Assembly (NCBI GenBank): GCA_017623885.1 | Contig: JAGAOE010000090.1 | Span: 1 to 41,248 of the forward strand | DNA length: 41,248 nt | Direction of reading: 5' to 3' | Source: Eubacterium sp. | GTDB lineage: Bacteria > Bacillota > Clostridia > Lachnospirales > Lachnospiraceae | Shown: positions 1 to 10,996 of the stretch, piece by piece | Layout of the letters: each line of letters begins with the position of its first letter | Numbering within the stretch: position 1 is the first letter of the stretch | Program-made: the position numbers and the translations under genes | The notes under the pieces: model-generated | The model's database searches: none | Told to the model about the DNA's origin: nothing | Seen by the model: the letters and a program-made list of their open reading frames with translations, nothing else

Positions 1-621
1 GAAAAGGTGCGCGTACCGATGGTATTTATGGATACGATCGGTGTCGATGGAGACTGTGATGCTGTCGTATGTAATAATATGATGGGTGGCTACCAGATGA
101 CAAGTTATCTGTTTTCGCTCGGACATGAAAAAATCGGTTTTGTAGGAACCAGACTGGCGACTGCCAGCATTGATGACCGTTATTTTGGATATTTAAAGGC
201 GGCGATGGAACACGGAATGGAAGTCAAAGCGGAATGGTTGTTGGACGACCGAGACAGAAAGACCGGAAGCTATGATGAGGAGCGTTATCTGCGACTGCCG
301 AAAGAAAATATGCCGACTGCATTTTTCTGCAACAATGATATGATTGCGCTGACATTGATACAAAAACTGAAAAAGAACGGTTATCGTGTGCCGGAAGATG
401 TTTCGGTTGTCGGATTCGACAACTTTCAGATCGACACGCTGGAGCGCATCGGTCTGACAACGTATGCGATTGATACGAAGGAAATGTCGAAAAAGGTCGT
501 TCAGATTATTGTGCACAAACTGAATTCACCCGGATACAGCACCGGTGTCTATATGATAGCCGGTCGCTTTATCGAGAGAGAGAGTGCAAAGAGGATTGGT
601 CCTCCGAAGCCTTTTGTCTAA
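1..621 (+). CDS. LacI/GntR(AraR)-type transcriptional regulator, C-terminal sugar-binding domain (5' truncated by window edge)
   Basis: Frame is open from position 1; LacI effector-domain motifs YLFSLGHEKIGFV, DRYFGY, PTAFFCNND, VPEDVSVVGFDN, LTT, FIERES. Confidence 0.85.
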   Translation, partial: EKVRVPMVFMDTIGVDGDCDAVVCNNMMGGYQMTSYLFSLGHEKIGFVGTRLATASIDDRYFGYLKAAMEHGMEVKAEWLLDDRDRKTGSYDEERYLRLPKENMPTAFFCNNDMIALTLIQKLKKNGYRVPEDVSVVGFDNFQIDTLERIGLTTYAIDTKEMSKKVVQIIVHKLNSPGYSTGVYMIAGRFIERESAKRIGPPKPFV

Positions 622-1513
622 AGCTTGCAGGTGTGGTGCCTACATATTTTTTAAACAAGTTAATAAAGTGATTGACATTGTCAAATCCGACCATGCTACT
701 GATGGTCTGAACGCTTCGTTCAGATGTCAGTAGCATTTTTTTTGCGTTTTCTATGCGCTTCATATTTAGATAGCGGAGCGGTGGTTCCCCAAAGTGTGCA
801 GCAAATTCGCGGCACAGACGGTATTTGCTGACCTGATAACGTTCCTGTGACGACTGAAGTGAAAATTCCAGTTCATAATGATGGTCAAACTGATCTTTGA
901 GCTCGATTAAATAGGCCGGAATACGTGCCGGTTTATGTGCCGGTTCTGTCTGCAAATCGAGATATAAGGTAGTCAGTATCTGATTGAGCTGTTGCTGCAT
1001 GATGAGAAATTGAGCAGTGGACAACTCCGTCGAAAGTCCTAAAAGCTGTGTCATACACGTGTGGATGGGAGAAAACTCCGGAATAAAAAACAAGGGTGCT
1101 TTTCGCGCGTGTAACAGCTCACCAAAAAAGGACAGACGCTCACCATTTGCAAAAAAGACCTTAAAAGACCAGGGGAGCAATTCACCGTGCAATTGAAATA
1201 GCTGATTACAATGAAAAAACAAAAGCTGATGTTCTGACAGCGAATAGGTCTTACCGGAAACCGTGAGTACGCCTTTTCCGGTATATGTATATAGGAACAT
1301 ATAGCAATCCAACGGCTGGAAAGAATAAGAAAACAAGTTCTCACAAAAGATGTTACCGCCGGCTAATAAACGGATCAGACTTTGCTGTGCGGCTGCGTCA
1401 GGTGAGAGCAGCGAATAGGAATAGACATTCGGAATCAGGAACGTTTTGTCATTTTTTACGTCTGTACTCTTACGAATCGTTAATTTCTGTTGAAAAATAT
1501 TCTCGAAATCCAT
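569..1513 (-). CDS. AraC-family transcriptional regulator
   Basis: N-terminal cupin-like region and C-terminal double HTH (YRLCREF...RIENAKKML...VGFDNVNHFINLFKKYVGTTPASFR); ATG at 1513 follows GGAGGTG; divergent from the mannan ABC operon. Confidence 0.9.
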   Translation of the reverse strand: MDFENIFQQKLTIRKSTDVKNDKTFLIPNVYSYSLLSPDAAAQQSLIRLLAGGNIFCENLFSYSFQPLDCYMFLYTYTGKGVLTVSGKTYSLSEHQLLFFHCNQLFQLHGELLPWSFKVFFANGERLSFFGELLHARKAPLFFIPEFSPIHTCMTQLLGLSTELSTAQFLIMQQQLNQILTTLYLDLQTEPAHKPARIPAYLIELKDQFDHHYELEFSLQSSQERYQVSKYRLCREFAAHFGEPPLRYLNMKRIENAKKMLLTSERSVQTISSMVGFDNVNHFINLFKKYVGTTPASFRQKASEDQSSLHSLSR

Positions 1514-1530
1514 ACACACCTCCGAAAATT

Positions 1531-1547
1531 AGGTTAAAAATTAACTT
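1531..1547. promoter_or_regulatory. Candidate operator palindrome AGGTTAA-N3-TTAACTT in the divergent araC/ABC promoter region
   Basis: Near-perfect inverted repeat; related AAGTTAAA half-sites at 1701 and 1724 flank the TATAAT at 1712-1717. Confidence 0.35.
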
Positions 1548-1689
1548 AAAAAACTTATATTAATATTTTAACCAATCTTCAATGAAAACACTATGTGGAA
1601 AGTGCATAAAAAACGGTTGTTTAAATTGTGGAATACTAACGAAAAGCGTATGATGTGCAATAATATATGATTAAATGCAAGAATGAGTA

Positions 1690-1717
1690 GTGACTAAATT
1701 AAGTTAAAGTATATAAT
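1690..1717 (+). promoter_or_regulatory. Probable sigma-A promoter of the mannan operon
   Basis: GTGACT-16 bp-TATAAT upstream of the AAGGAGG RBS of the solute-binding protein gene. Confidence 0.45.
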
Positions 1718-1765
1718 TAAATCAAGTTAAAAAACTAATTAAACACAACTTAAGGAGGATAAAAA

Positions 1766-3226
1766 ATGAAAACGAAAAAGTTAGTAGCAATTGGTTTAGT
1801 AGCAGTAATGACCGCATCTATGATCGGTTGTGGCTCAAAAGGAGAGACAACCGTCGCTGAGACAGAGACAGATGCAAAGGAAGCAGAAGACACTACAGCA
1901 GATGCAACAGAGGAAAGTACTGAGGAAGCTGCAGAAGGATTGATTTCTTATGCAGACTTAAAGCTGGGAGAGGATCTGACAGATCTCACCGCAAACATTA
2001 CTTTGTTTAATCACAGAACAGATTTACAGAGTGCAGATTATCCCGGAAAGACTTGGGATCAGTACATCGCAGAATTTAACGAGGTATATCCGAACATTAG
2101 CGTGGAAGTATCGACAGATACAAATTATGCAGAGTCATCTTTACTTCGTCTGCAGGGTGGCGACTGGGGAGATATCATGATGATTCCCGCAGTTGATAAA
2201 GAAGACTTAGGAAATTATTTCCTTTCATACGGTGACTTGGATACATTGAGCCAGAAGGTACGTTTCGCAAGCGAGTGGGCATATGGAGATCAGGTATATG
2301 GCATCGCTTCTACCGGAACAGCACAGGGTATTGTTTATAACAAGAAAGTTTTTGAAGAGGCTGGTGTGACAACACTTCCCAAAACTCCGGAAGAGTTTAT
2401 GGCAGCATTAAAGGCAATCAAGGATACCTTCGGTGAAGAAGTTGTTCCGCTTTATACAAACTATGCAGCAGGATGGACAATGGGTGCGTGGGATGCTTAT
2501 ATCAGCGGTACAGCTACCGGTGATGAGACATTCATGAATCAGAAAATGTTACATATGAAAGATCCTTTTGCAGATGCAGGAAACGGCGCAGGCGCATACA
2601 ATGTGTACAAGATTCTCTACGATGCAGTGGCAAACGGCTATACAGAAGATGACTATGCGACAACAGACTGGGAAGGCTGCAAGGGTATGATCAACAACGG
2701 AAAGATCGGATGTATGGTACTTGGTTCATGGGCATTCTCACAGATGCGTGATGCAGGTGAAAACGGCGCAGATATCGGATATATGTCATTCCCGATTACC
2801 GTAGATGGTAAGCAGTATGCAAGTGCAGGCCCTGACTACAACTTTGGTATTAACGCAGATGCAGATCAGACAAACCAGCAGGCATCTTTGATCTTTGTAA
2901 AATGGATGACTGAAAAGTCAGGCTTCTCATACAACGAGAGCGGTGTGCCGATCGCAATGGATGATACAAATTGGCCGGATCTTTACAGTGCATTTGATGG
3001 TATCGAATTGATTTCTAACGCACCTGCAGTAGCCGGTGAAGAAGCGTTGTTGAATATTTTAAATGCAGATTCAGAATTGAACTTCAATGCAGGCGGTGAC
3101 AAGAAGGTACAGGAAATTATCGAGCATGCAGCAAACGGAGATATGTCTTACGATGAAATCATTGCAGATTGGAACCAGAGATGGACAGATGCACAGGAAG
3201 TAAATAATATTCCGGTTACTGAATAA
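1766..3226 (+). CDS. Carbohydrate ABC transporter solute-binding lipoprotein (manno-oligosaccharide binding)
   Basis: Lipoprotein signal peptide (ASMIGC), acidic linker, family 1 SBP motifs (GIVYNKKVFEEAGV..PKT.EEF); first gene of a GH130/epimerase operon. Confidence 0.9.
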   Translation: MKTKKLVAIGLVAVMTASMIGCGSKGETTVAETETDAKEAEDTTADATEESTEEAAEGLISYADLKLGEDLTDLTANITLFNHRTDLQSADYPGKTWDQYIAEFNEVYPNISVEVSTDTNYAESSLLRLQGGDWGDIMMIPAVDKEDLGNYFLSYGDLDTLSQKVRFASEWAYGDQVYGIASTGTAQGIVYNKKVFEEAGVTTLPKTPEEFMAALKAIKDTFGEEVVPLYTNYAAGWTMGAWDAYISGTATGDETFMNQKMLHMKDPFADAGNGAGAYNVYKILYDAVANGYTEDDYATTDWEGCKGMINNGKIGCMVLGSWAFSQMRDAGENGADIGYMSFPITVDGKQYASAGPDYNFGINADADQTNQQASLIFVKWMTEKSGFSYNESGVPIAMDDTNWPDLYSAFDGIELISNAPAVAGEEALLNILNADSELNFNAGGDKKVQEIIEHAANGDMSYDEIIADWNQRWTDAQEVNNIPVTE

Positions 3227-3259
3227 AACAAGTCGTATCGAATGAAATAAAGAAAAAAA

Positions 3260-3300
3260 TTGGGGCGGCGGTGCGAATACCGCACCGCGACAGCCGCCAA
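3260..3300 (+). other. GC-rich stem-loop after the SBP gene (probable mRNA-stabilising hairpin)
   Basis: GCGGTGCG-aatac-CGCACCGC within a longer GGCGG...CCGCC stem, no U-tract; typical position between SBP and permease genes. Confidence 0.55.
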
Positions 3301-3328
3301 TGCATGGTAAAACGAGGAGGAGATCAAT

Positions 3329-4294
3329 ATGGAAAGGCAGGCAAAAGGCTTGGGAGCATGGATAAAAAGCAGAAAAGGTCAGCAAGCGATTATCATAGTG
3401 GCATTTATGTTTATACCCTTGTTGTTGCTCTTTGTTTTTACATATCTGCCGTTTGGTCAGATGGTAGAATTCAGTTTTTATAAAATGAAATATTCGACCC
3501 CTGTAGAGAAGCGTGTATTTGTGGGGTTGAAAAATTATATTGATGTATTTCAGCGAAAAGACTGTTTCGCAGCATTGAAATTGTCCGGCTACTATGTGGT
3601 TGGTTCCCTGGTACAGCTCGTATTATCGCTGTATCTGGCGACGATTCTCAGTTTTAAAACGAAGGGTGGAAATATATTTAAAGGATTTATGTTTTTTCCC
3701 TATTTGATTAGCGGTATCGCAATCGGATTTATCTTTAAATTTTTCTACACCAGAGGCTTTGTATTTGATACCGTACTGCAATGGTGCGGATTTGAATTGG
3801 AAAACCTTCCGTACTGGTTAAAAGATCAGCGGATTAACAATATATCATTGGTGGCGACTTCGGTGTGGCGTTACTTCGGACAGAATATGGTACTTTTCAT
3901 CGGTGCAATTATGTCGGTGGATAAAGAAATGTACGAGGCAGCGGACTTGGATGGAGCTACAAAGTTACAGCAATTTTTCTATATTATTTTACCGAGTATC
4001 AAAACGATTGTGACATTAAACATTATTATGTCAGTGACCGGAGCGCTCAGTGCATTCGAACCTCCCTATGTAATCACCGGTGGCGCAAACGGTACGGGAA
4101 CGTATTTCGTTATCATGAATGAAATCGCACATGTCACACAGAAGGTAGGTCTGGCATCTGCAATGGCGGTTGTATTATTACTCATCATTTTTGCAGCGAC
4201 GATTGCACAGAAGCTTTTGATGAAGTACCTGTTTCGAAACGCCGAGGATGACAGCGTAGGTCAGAAAAAACGTCGCGTGAGAGGAGGCAGATAG
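3329..4294 (+). CDS. Carbohydrate ABC transporter permease 1
   Basis: Multiple TM helices; FVGLKNY and EAA motif (MYEAADLDGAT); GAGGAGG RBS. Confidence 0.92.
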   Translation: MERQAKGLGAWIKSRKGQQAIIIVAFMFIPLLLLFVFTYLPFGQMVEFSFYKMKYSTPVEKRVFVGLKNYIDVFQRKDCFAALKLSGYYVVGSLVQLVLSLYLATILSFKTKGGNIFKGFMFFPYLISGIAIGFIFKFFYTRGFVFDTVLQWCGFELENLPYWLKDQRINNISLVATSVWRYFGQNMVLFIGAIMSVDKEMYEAADLDGATKLQQFFYIILPSIKTIVTLNIIMSVTGALSAFEPPYVITGGANGTGTYFVIMNEIAHVTQKVGLASAMAVVLLLIIFAATIAQKLLMKYLFRNAEDDSVGQKKRRVRGGR

Positions 4295-4295
4295 A

Positions 4296-5135
4296 ATGAA
4301 ACGAGCAAATGGAAAGTCAATCATCTGGAATACTGTCAAATATATATCACTTGTATTTTTCTCGATTGTTGCAGTTTTACCGATTGTGTCGTGTGTAATC
4401 ACTGCTTTCAAAAGTGACGAAGAATATGCGGCAACAAACGTGATGCAGTTACCGACGAGCTGGCAGTTTAGCAATTTTGCAAAAGCATTTGAAACCGCAA
4501 ATATGGGTCGCGCGTTTTTGAACTCCGGTATCGTTTTGGTGTGTGTACTCGCAGGTGCAGTGATTATCGGAACGCAGTTGGCATATGTACTCAATCGCTT
4601 TAAGTTTCCGGGAAACGGATTGATTCGAAACCTGTTCCTGTTCGCAAGCCTTCTTCCCGGCGTAGCAATGCAGGTGTCTGTATACAATATCATGCAGTCG
4701 TTAGGGTTTATCAATCATTTATACGGCTACATCATTATGATGATGGGAACGGACATTATTTCAATTTATATTTTCATTCAGTTTATGGAAAATATATCGA
4801 CATCGTTGGATGAATCAGCGATTATTGACGGCGCATCGTATGCGACCATCTACTGGAAAATTATACTTCCGCTGTTAAAACCGGCGATTGTGACGAGTAT
4901 GATTTTAAAAGGTGTGAGTACCTATAACGAATACTATGCAGCAAGTCTGTATCTGCAAAAGAAAGAGTTAGAGACGGTGGCGATTTCACTGTACACCTTC
5001 ACCGGACCGCTCGGAAGCAAATACAACATGATTTGCGCAGGTGTCATTATTTCATTACTTCCGGCATTGATTATATTTATTCTTTGCCAGAAACAGATTT
5101 ATAGCGGAATTACATCCGGAGCAGTAAAAGGATAA
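4296..5135 (+). CDS. Carbohydrate ABC transporter permease 2
   Basis: EAA motif (LDESAIIDGAS), IILPLLKPAI, C-terminal GITSGAVKG. Confidence 0.92.
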   Translation: MKRANGKSIIWNTVKYISLVFFSIVAVLPIVSCVITAFKSDEEYAATNVMQLPTSWQFSNFAKAFETANMGRAFLNSGIVLVCVLAGAVIIGTQLAYVLNRFKFPGNGLIRNLFLFASLLPGVAMQVSVYNIMQSLGFINHLYGYIIMMMGTDIISIYIFIQFMENISTSLDESAIIDGASYATIYWKIILPLLKPAIVTSMILKGVSTYNEYYAASLYLQKKELETVAISLYTFTGPLGSKYNMICAGVIISLLPALIIFILCQKQIYSGITSGAVKG

Positions 5136-5163
5136 GAGCACACAGTATATAGAGGAAATAATA

Positions 5164-6342
5164 ATGGGAATGATAAGAGAAGTAAAAGATGAATTGGTAA
5201 ATCATATGATTCCGTTTTGGAGCAGTCTGCGCGATGAGCGATATGGTGGATATTATGGACTGATGGATTATGATTTGACGATACACGAAAAGGCAGTCAA
5301 GGGATGCATTTTAAACAGTCGGATTCTCTGGTTTTATGCAAATGCATATTTAACACTGAAAGATACTGCTTTGTTGGATGAGGCAAGACATGCGTATGAA
5401 TTTTTGAGAGATTATGGGATTGATCGAGAGCAGGGAGGCGTGTATTGGTCACTGCAATATGACGGCACGCCGGAAGATACGACGAAGCATACCTATAATC
5501 AGGCATTTGCGATTTATGCACTTGCATCTTACTATGACGCATCAAGAGATGCAGAAGCATTGGCATTGGCACGTGAACTGTTCCATGTGATAGAGAATCG
5601 CTGCATGGATGAAAACGGTTATAAAGAGGCGTTTGACAGAGCGTTTTTGCCGGTTGAAAATGACAAACTTTCGGAGAATGGAATCATTGCAGAAAAAACG
5701 ATGAATACCCTGCTGCATGTGTTTGAAGCGTATACAGAATTGTATCGTGTAGCAAAGGATGCGTTTGTAAAGAAACGTTTGATGTGGATTTTGGATGTGT
5801 TTGAAACAAAAATTTATAATCCGATGCTCGAAAGACAGGAAGTGTTTTTTGATGCGCAGTACAACAGCTTGCTGGATTTACACTCATACGGACACGACAT
5901 AGAGACCGCATGGTTGCTTGATCGAGGCTTAGATGTGCTGGGTGATGAGGGATACAAAGAAAGAATCGGAAAAATCATCGACAAGCTGACTGTGTGTGTG
6001 TATCGCACGGCATTTAACGGTCACTCACTTGCAAACGAAGCGGAGAACGGAGTTGTAGATGCGAAGCGTGTCTGGTGGGTACAGGCAGAAACGATTGTTG
6101 GATTTGTGAATGGATATCAGCGGGATCAGACACAGGAACAATACCTTGCAGCGGCACAGGCAGAGTGGGAATTTGTAAAACAGTATCTGATAGATAAACG
6201 CGATGGTTCGGAATGGCTGTGGGCAATCAATGAAGACGGAAGTCCGATTGAAAATCTGCCGATAGTAGAGCCTTGGAAGTGCCCGTATCACAATGGAAGA
6301 ATGTGTATGGAAATCATAAGGAGGGGAATCGATGTTGCATAA
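5164..6342 (+). CDS. Cellobiose/mannobiose 2-epimerase (AGE superfamily)
   Basis: Motifs [55 protein letters not shown]. Confidence 0.92.
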   Translation: MGMIREVKDELVNHMIPFWSSLRDERYGGYYGLMDYDLTIHEKAVKGCILNSRILWFYANAYLTLKDTALLDEARHAYEFLRDYGIDREQGGVYWSLQYDGTPEDTTKHTYNQAFAIYALASYYDASRDAEALALARELFHVIENRCMDENGYKEAFDRAFLPVENDKLSENGIIAEKTMNTLLHVFEAYTELYRVAKDAFVKKRLMWILDVFETKIYNPMLERQEVFFDAQYNSLLDLHSYGHDIETAWLLDRGLDVLGDEGYKERIGKIIDKLTVCVYRTAFNGHSLANEAENGVVDAKRVWWVQAETIVGFVNGYQRDQTQEQYLAAAQAEWEFVKQYLIDKRDGSEWLWAINEDGSPIENLPIVEPWKCPYHNGRMCMEIIRRGIDVA

Positions 6343-7507
6343 GAATTATTATGTGGAATTAGAAAAGCAAGAGAACATAATCACACGAAAAAATAAAAAA
6401 ACAGAGGAATATAACGGTATCTATGAGCGCTATGAATATCCGGTGTTGACGCGAGAACATATTCCGCTCACCTGGAGATATGATTTGGATATCAATGACA
6501 ATCCGTATTTTATGGAGCGTCTCGGTATCAATGCAGTGATGAATTCGGGCGCGATTGAGCTGAACGGAAAATATTATTTAATCGCACGTATCGAGGGAAA
6601 TGACAGAAAGTCTTTCTTTGGTGTGGCAGAGAGCGATAACGGAATCGACGGTTTCCGTTTTTGGGATTATCCGATTTTGCTGGAAGATGTGTGTCCGGAA
6701 GAGACGAACGTGTATGACATGCGTCTGACAAAGCACGAAGACGGCTATATCTATGGCGTATTTTGTTCGGAAAGCAAGGATACCACTGTAAACGATTTGT
6801 CTGCAGCCGTAGCGGCAGCAGGAATCGTGCGGACAAAGGATTTGAAGACATGGGAGCGTCTGGATAATTTAAAAACACTCCGTTCACCGCAGCAGAGAAA
6901 TGTTGTGCTGCATCCGGAGTTTGTAGACGGAAAATATGCATTTTATACCAGACCGATGGATGATTTTATCGAGACTGGTTCCGGCGGCGGTATCGGTTTT
7001 GGATTGTGTGAGGATATTGCGCATGCAGTAATCGACGAAGAGAAAATGACATCGCTTCGCAAGTATCACACGATTACAGAAGCAAAAAACGGAGCAGGTG
7101 CGACTCCGATAAAGACCGAAAAAGGATGGATTCATATCGCGCACGGCGTAAGAAATACGGCAGCAGGACTGCGTTATGTGATTTATGCATTTGCGACAGC
7201 ATTAGATGATCCGTCGAAGGTGATTGCAGAGCCGTCCGGTCTGCTCATCGGACCGAGAGGAGAAGAGCGCGTGGGTGATGTGTCAAACGTGGTATTCACC
7301 AATGGAGCAATCGCACGGGAAAACGGAGAGGTGTATATCTATTATGCATCTTCTGATACAAGAATGCATGTAGCGACCACGACGATTGAACGACTGATGG
7401 ATTTTGTGTTCGAGACACCGGAAGATCCCGGACGTTCTATGGAATGTGTCGCTCAAAGATGCAAGCTGATTGAGAAGAATCTGGAGATTTTATCAAAAAA
7501 TAAATGA
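6332..7507 (+). CDS. 4-O-beta-D-mannosyl-D-glucose phosphorylase (GH130_1)
   Basis: Motifs [56 protein letters not shown]; adjacent to the epimerase. Confidence 0.9.
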   Translation: MLHKNYYVELEKQENIITRKNKKTEEYNGIYERYEYPVLTREHIPLTWRYDLDINDNPYFMERLGINAVMNSGAIELNGKYYLIARIEGNDRKSFFGVAESDNGIDGFRFWDYPILLEDVCPEETNVYDMRLTKHEDGYIYGVFCSESKDTTVNDLSAAVAAAGIVRTKDLKTWERLDNLKTLRSPQQRNVVLHPEFVDGKYAFYTRPMDDFIETGSGGGIGFGLCEDIAHAVIDEEKMTSLRKYHTITEAKNGAGATPIKTEKGWIHIAHGVRNTAAGLRYVIYAFATALDDPSKVIAEPSGLLIGPRGEERVGDVSNVVFTNGAIARENGEVYIYYASSDTRMHVATTTIERLMDFVFETPEDPGRSMECVAQRCKLIEKNLEILSKNK

Positions 7508-7544
7508 AAATAGATACAGAGATTTGTGAAGGAGGATATGATAA

Positions 7545-8567
7545 ATGGCTAAATATACAATGATTTCACCCGCAGTAGAAAATGTGCCCTGGCAGGAACG
7601 TCCGGAAGGATTAAAGGGTGCACCGATTTGGAGATACAATGAGAACCCGATTATCGGACGCAATCCGATCGAGGGCGTGGCACGTATTTTTAACAGTGCT
7701 GTAATGCCGTATGAAGGAGCGTTTATCGGCGTGTTTAGAGGAGAGCAGACCAACGGTATTCCCTATATTTATTTGGGAAGAAGTAAAGATGCGATTCATT
7801 GGGAATTCGACAGCGAAAAGATTCCTTTTGTAGATGAAAACGGAGAACCGTTTATGCCGGTATATGCATATGATCCGCGTCTTGTGAAAGTGGAGGATAC
7901 TTACTATATCATCTGGTGTCAGGATTTTTACGGTGCAGCAATCGGAATGGCGAAGACAACAGACTTTAAAACATTTGTCCGTGTAGAAAATCCGTTTTTA
8001 CCGTTCAACAGAAATGCAGTGTTATTCCCGCGTAAAATCAACGGAAACTTTATGATGCTTTCGAGACCGTCTGACAGCGGACACACACCCTTTGGAGATA
8101 TTTTTATTAGCGAGAGCCCGGATTTGACCTACTGGGGAAAACATCGCCATGTGATGGGAAAAGGTGCTGAATGGTGGGAATCATTAAAAATCGGCGGCGG
8201 AGCAGCGCCGATCGAAACGAGTGAAGGATGGCTGTTATTTTATCATGGTGTGAGCGGCACCTGTAATGGATATGTATATTCGATTGGCGGAGCGATTTTA
8301 GATATCGATGAGCCGTCGAAAGTAAAATATCGTTGTGAAAACTTCCTCTTAACACCGGAGGAGTGGTATGAGGAACGTGGATTTGTGCCGAATGTGTGCT
8401 TCCCTTGTGCGACAATTCACGATTCTGCAACCGGAAAAATCGCAGTATACTACGGAGCCGCTGACAGCTATGTCGGACTCGCGTTCACACAGTTGGATGA
8501 CATCATCGACTATATAAAAGAACATAGTGTTGTAAGAGATGCAGACACCGAGATTGGCAGAAGATAA
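7545..8567 (+). CDS. Beta-1,4-mannooligosaccharide phosphorylase (GH130_2)
   Basis: Motifs RIFNSAV, YAYDPR, PFNRNAVLFP, RPSDSGHTPFGDIF, KIGGGAAPI, GFVPNVCFP. Confidence 0.9.
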   Translation: MAKYTMISPAVENVPWQERPEGLKGAPIWRYNENPIIGRNPIEGVARIFNSAVMPYEGAFIGVFRGEQTNGIPYIYLGRSKDAIHWEFDSEKIPFVDENGEPFMPVYAYDPRLVKVEDTYYIIWCQDFYGAAIGMAKTTDFKTFVRVENPFLPFNRNAVLFPRKINGNFMMLSRPSDSGHTPFGDIFISESPDLTYWGKHRHVMGKGAEWWESLKIGGGAAPIETSEGWLLFYHGVSGTCNGYVYSIGGAILDIDEPSKVKYRCENFLLTPEEWYEERGFVPNVCFPCATIHDSATGKIAVYYGAADSYVGLAFTQLDDIIDYIKEHSVVRDADTEIGRR

Positions 8568-8648
8568 AAAAACAGCTCTTCTCTTAATTTTACCATTATT
8601 AGAACATGGCTGCAGAGTGCATCTGCAGCCACCCCGAAAGGGGAAATG

Positions 8649-8710
8649 ACTGAAGCAAGTTTGGATAGAGGCAAATAGGCATATTCCGAAACATATGCTT
8701 CAGTTTTTTT
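8649..8710 (+). terminator. Intrinsic terminator-like hairpin between GH130_2 and the esterase genes
   Basis: ACTGAAGCA...TGCTTCAGT stem followed by a T run. Confidence 0.6.
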
Positions 8711-8752
8711 GCGCCTTTTTTTAGGGAAAAACAACGTGTGGAGGAACAAAAA

Positions 8753-9799
8753 ATGTGGATATCACCGGATGATTCAAGATTGCAGTACAGCGGAAGAATC
8801 GATTTTTCAAACCCGCAGGCACCGGTACTAATCTGGCCGAGCAGTTATGTCAGACTGCGCTTTCAGGGAGCGGATGTGGCGGTGGAATTGGAAAACCGTC
8901 GGGCGTATTGGAAAAACGATATTGGCTATGTGTTAGACGGGGAAGTGTATCAGGTGCGCTTACAGGATGACGGCACACAGCGTTTGGTTATAAAGACCAA
9001 AAAAGAGGAGCAAAAGGAGCATGAGCTGATTTTATACAAGCGAATGGATGCCTGTCATCATGTGACCATACATGGCTTTGAGTTGGGAGATGATGCGGTG
9101 CTGTTGCAGCCCTCGGAGTTACCAAAGCGGCGAATCGAGGTGTATGGAGACAGCGTATCGGCAGGCGAGGTCAGTGAGGCAGTCGCATATGTCAAAAAAG
9201 CAGATCCCGTACATGAGGGACAGTATTCAAATAGCTGGTATTCCTATGCGTGGATGACAGCGCGAAAACTGGATGCACAGCTTCACAACATCGCGCAGGG
9301 CGGTGTGGCGTTGTTGCCGGGCACGGGATGGTTTGCAGAGCCGGACTATATCGGAATGGAGCAGATTTATGACAAGGTCAGCTATCACCCGTCACTCGGT
9401 GAGATAAAAGAATGGGATTTCTCACGCTATGTGCCACAGGTTGTCATTGTAGCAATCGGACAAAATGACAATCATCCTACGGATTATATGGCAGATGACC
9501 CGGCGGGTGAACAGGCGCAGCACTGGAAAAATCACTATGAACAATTTGTGCGCAAACTGCGTGCACATTATCCGAAGGCAACGATGATTCTGACGACAAC
9601 GATATTGGAACACCATAAAAACTGGGATGACGCGATTGAAGAGGTGTGTCAAAGACTGCAGGATGAGAAAATTCATCACTTTTTATACCGGGACAATGGA
9701 TGCGGGACACCGGGACATATTCGAATACCGGAGGCAGAGCAGATGGCAGAAGAATTGAGCAGTTATATCGAATCGCTGGGAGCGGATATCTGGATATAA
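8753..9799 (+). CDS. SGNH acetyl esterase, CE2-like (mannan deacetylase)
   Basis: N-terminal beta-domain (LQYSGRID..WPSS), YGDSVSAG, AQGG, GQND, C-terminal His (PGH); ATG at 8753 lies 8 nt after GGAGG. Confidence 0.8.
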   Translation: MWISPDDSRLQYSGRIDFSNPQAPVLIWPSSYVRLRFQGADVAVELENRRAYWKNDIGYVLDGEVYQVRLQDDGTQRLVIKTKKEEQKEHELILYKRMDACHHVTIHGFELGDDAVLLQPSELPKRRIEVYGDSVSAGEVSEAVAYVKKADPVHEGQYSNSWYSYAWMTARKLDAQLHNIAQGGVALLPGTGWFAEPDYIGMEQIYDKVSYHPSLGEIKEWDFSRYVPQVVIVAIGQNDNHPTDYMADDPAGEQAQHWKNHYEQFVRKLRAHYPKATMILTTTILEHHKNWDDAIEEVCQRLQDEKIHHFLYRDNGCGTPGHIRIPEAEQMAEELSSYIESLGADIWI

Positions 9800-9819
9800 G
9801 AACAATCAGGAGGAGAAAA

Positions 9820-10944
9820 ATGAATCAGGAAATAGAGCGAAAAACAGGGATTTCAAATAGAGGAAACTGCTACAGAATCAAGCAGGTCATGAAGCGCGCA
9901 CAGGCAGGTGAGGAACTGACGATTGCATTTATCGGCGGTTCGATTACACAGGGAAGTCTGGCAAGCAAATCGGAGCATTGCTACGCGGCACATGTATACG
10001 AATGGTGGAAACAAGCATTTCCGAACGCGACGTTTCATTATATCAATGCCGGAATCGGTGGTACAACGTCTCAGTTTGGGACTGTGCGCGTGCAAACGGA
10101 TGTATTGGTGCATCAGCCGGATCTGGTGTTTGTGGAGTTCAGTGTAAATGATGACAGTACAGAGCTGTATTTAGAGACATATGAAGGTCTGGTGAGGAAA
10201 ATTTGGTCGGCAGAAAGTGAACCGGCGATTATGCTTGTGCATAATGTGCGCTATGACAATGGTGCGAATGCACAGGTGCAGCACGGGAAAATAGCCAGAT
10301 ATTATGATTTGCCTGCGGTCAGCATGCAGCGCGCGATTTATCCGTATGTGTTGGACGGAACGGTAGAGCGCCGGGAAATCACACCGGATGATTTGCATCC
10401 GAATGACAAAGGACATGCGTGGATTGCTGCTGTCATTACAGACTGTTTAGAGCAGATAAGAGTGGATGCAGATGAATGTCAAATGCCAAAGCGGGAGTTG
10501 CCGTCGCCGCTTACGGCAAATCGCTATGAGCATGCAAAGCGTTATCAAAATGATTATGAAAATGTGCAGATGGAAGGCTTTTGCAGAGACGAACGGGAAC
10601 AGACGGATTTGACAGACTGCTTTAAAAATGGTTGGTACGCGAGCAAGGCGGGTGCACGTATTGCGTTTGATATTTCCGGGAAAGTGCTGGCAGTGCAGTA
10701 TCGGAAATCCGTGCAGCATCCGGCACCGATTGCGCGTTTGGTGGTAGATGGAGATGAGGAGCATGCAATGGTTTTGGACGGCAATTTTCAGGAAACATGG
10801 GGAGACTGCCTGTATATCGAGACCTTACAGCAGGCTGAATCCGTACCGTTTAAAGAAACACATCATATCGAAATTACATTGACAGAACAGGAAGCGGAAG
10901 CACTGGTGCCGTTTTATCTGACAGCCGTGCTTGTTGGAGCGTGA
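9820..10944 (+). CDS. SGNH acetyl esterase, CE17-like (mannan 2-O-acetyl esterase) with C-terminal beta-sandwich domain
   Basis: GGSITQG, NAGIGGT, EFSVND, DDLHPN blocks; paired with CE2 as in Roseburia intestinalis; true start ATG 9820 after AGGAGGAG. Confidence 0.8.
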   Translation: MNQEIERKTGISNRGNCYRIKQVMKRAQAGEELTIAFIGGSITQGSLASKSEHCYAAHVYEWWKQAFPNATFHYINAGIGGTTSQFGTVRVQTDVLVHQPDLVFVEFSVNDDSTELYLETYEGLVRKIWSAESEPAIMLVHNVRYDNGANAQVQHGKIARYYDLPAVSMQRAIYPYVLDGTVERREITPDDLHPNDKGHAWIAAVITDCLEQIRVDADECQMPKRELPSPLTANRYEHAKRYQNDYENVQMEGFCRDEREQTDLTDCFKNGWYASKAGARIAFDISGKVLAVQYRKSVQHPAPIARLVVDGDEEHAMVLDGNFQETWGDCLYIETLQQAESVPFKETHHIEITLTEQEAEALVPFYLTAVLVGA

Positions 10945-10996
10945 AAAAATGGGCTTGTGCAAATGCATAATCAGAACATAGAGGAGGAAGATACAA

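Noticed and set aside
569-621. 53-nt convergent overlap of the two regulator genes as an antisense control device
   Set aside because: Short tail-to-tail overlaps are common and nothing else supports a function
9700-9819. Long upstream starts in the ORF track (9700, 17187, 19264, 20081, 31788, 36012)
   Set aside because: Downstream ATGs have well-spaced RBSs and avoid long overlaps; starts were reassigned
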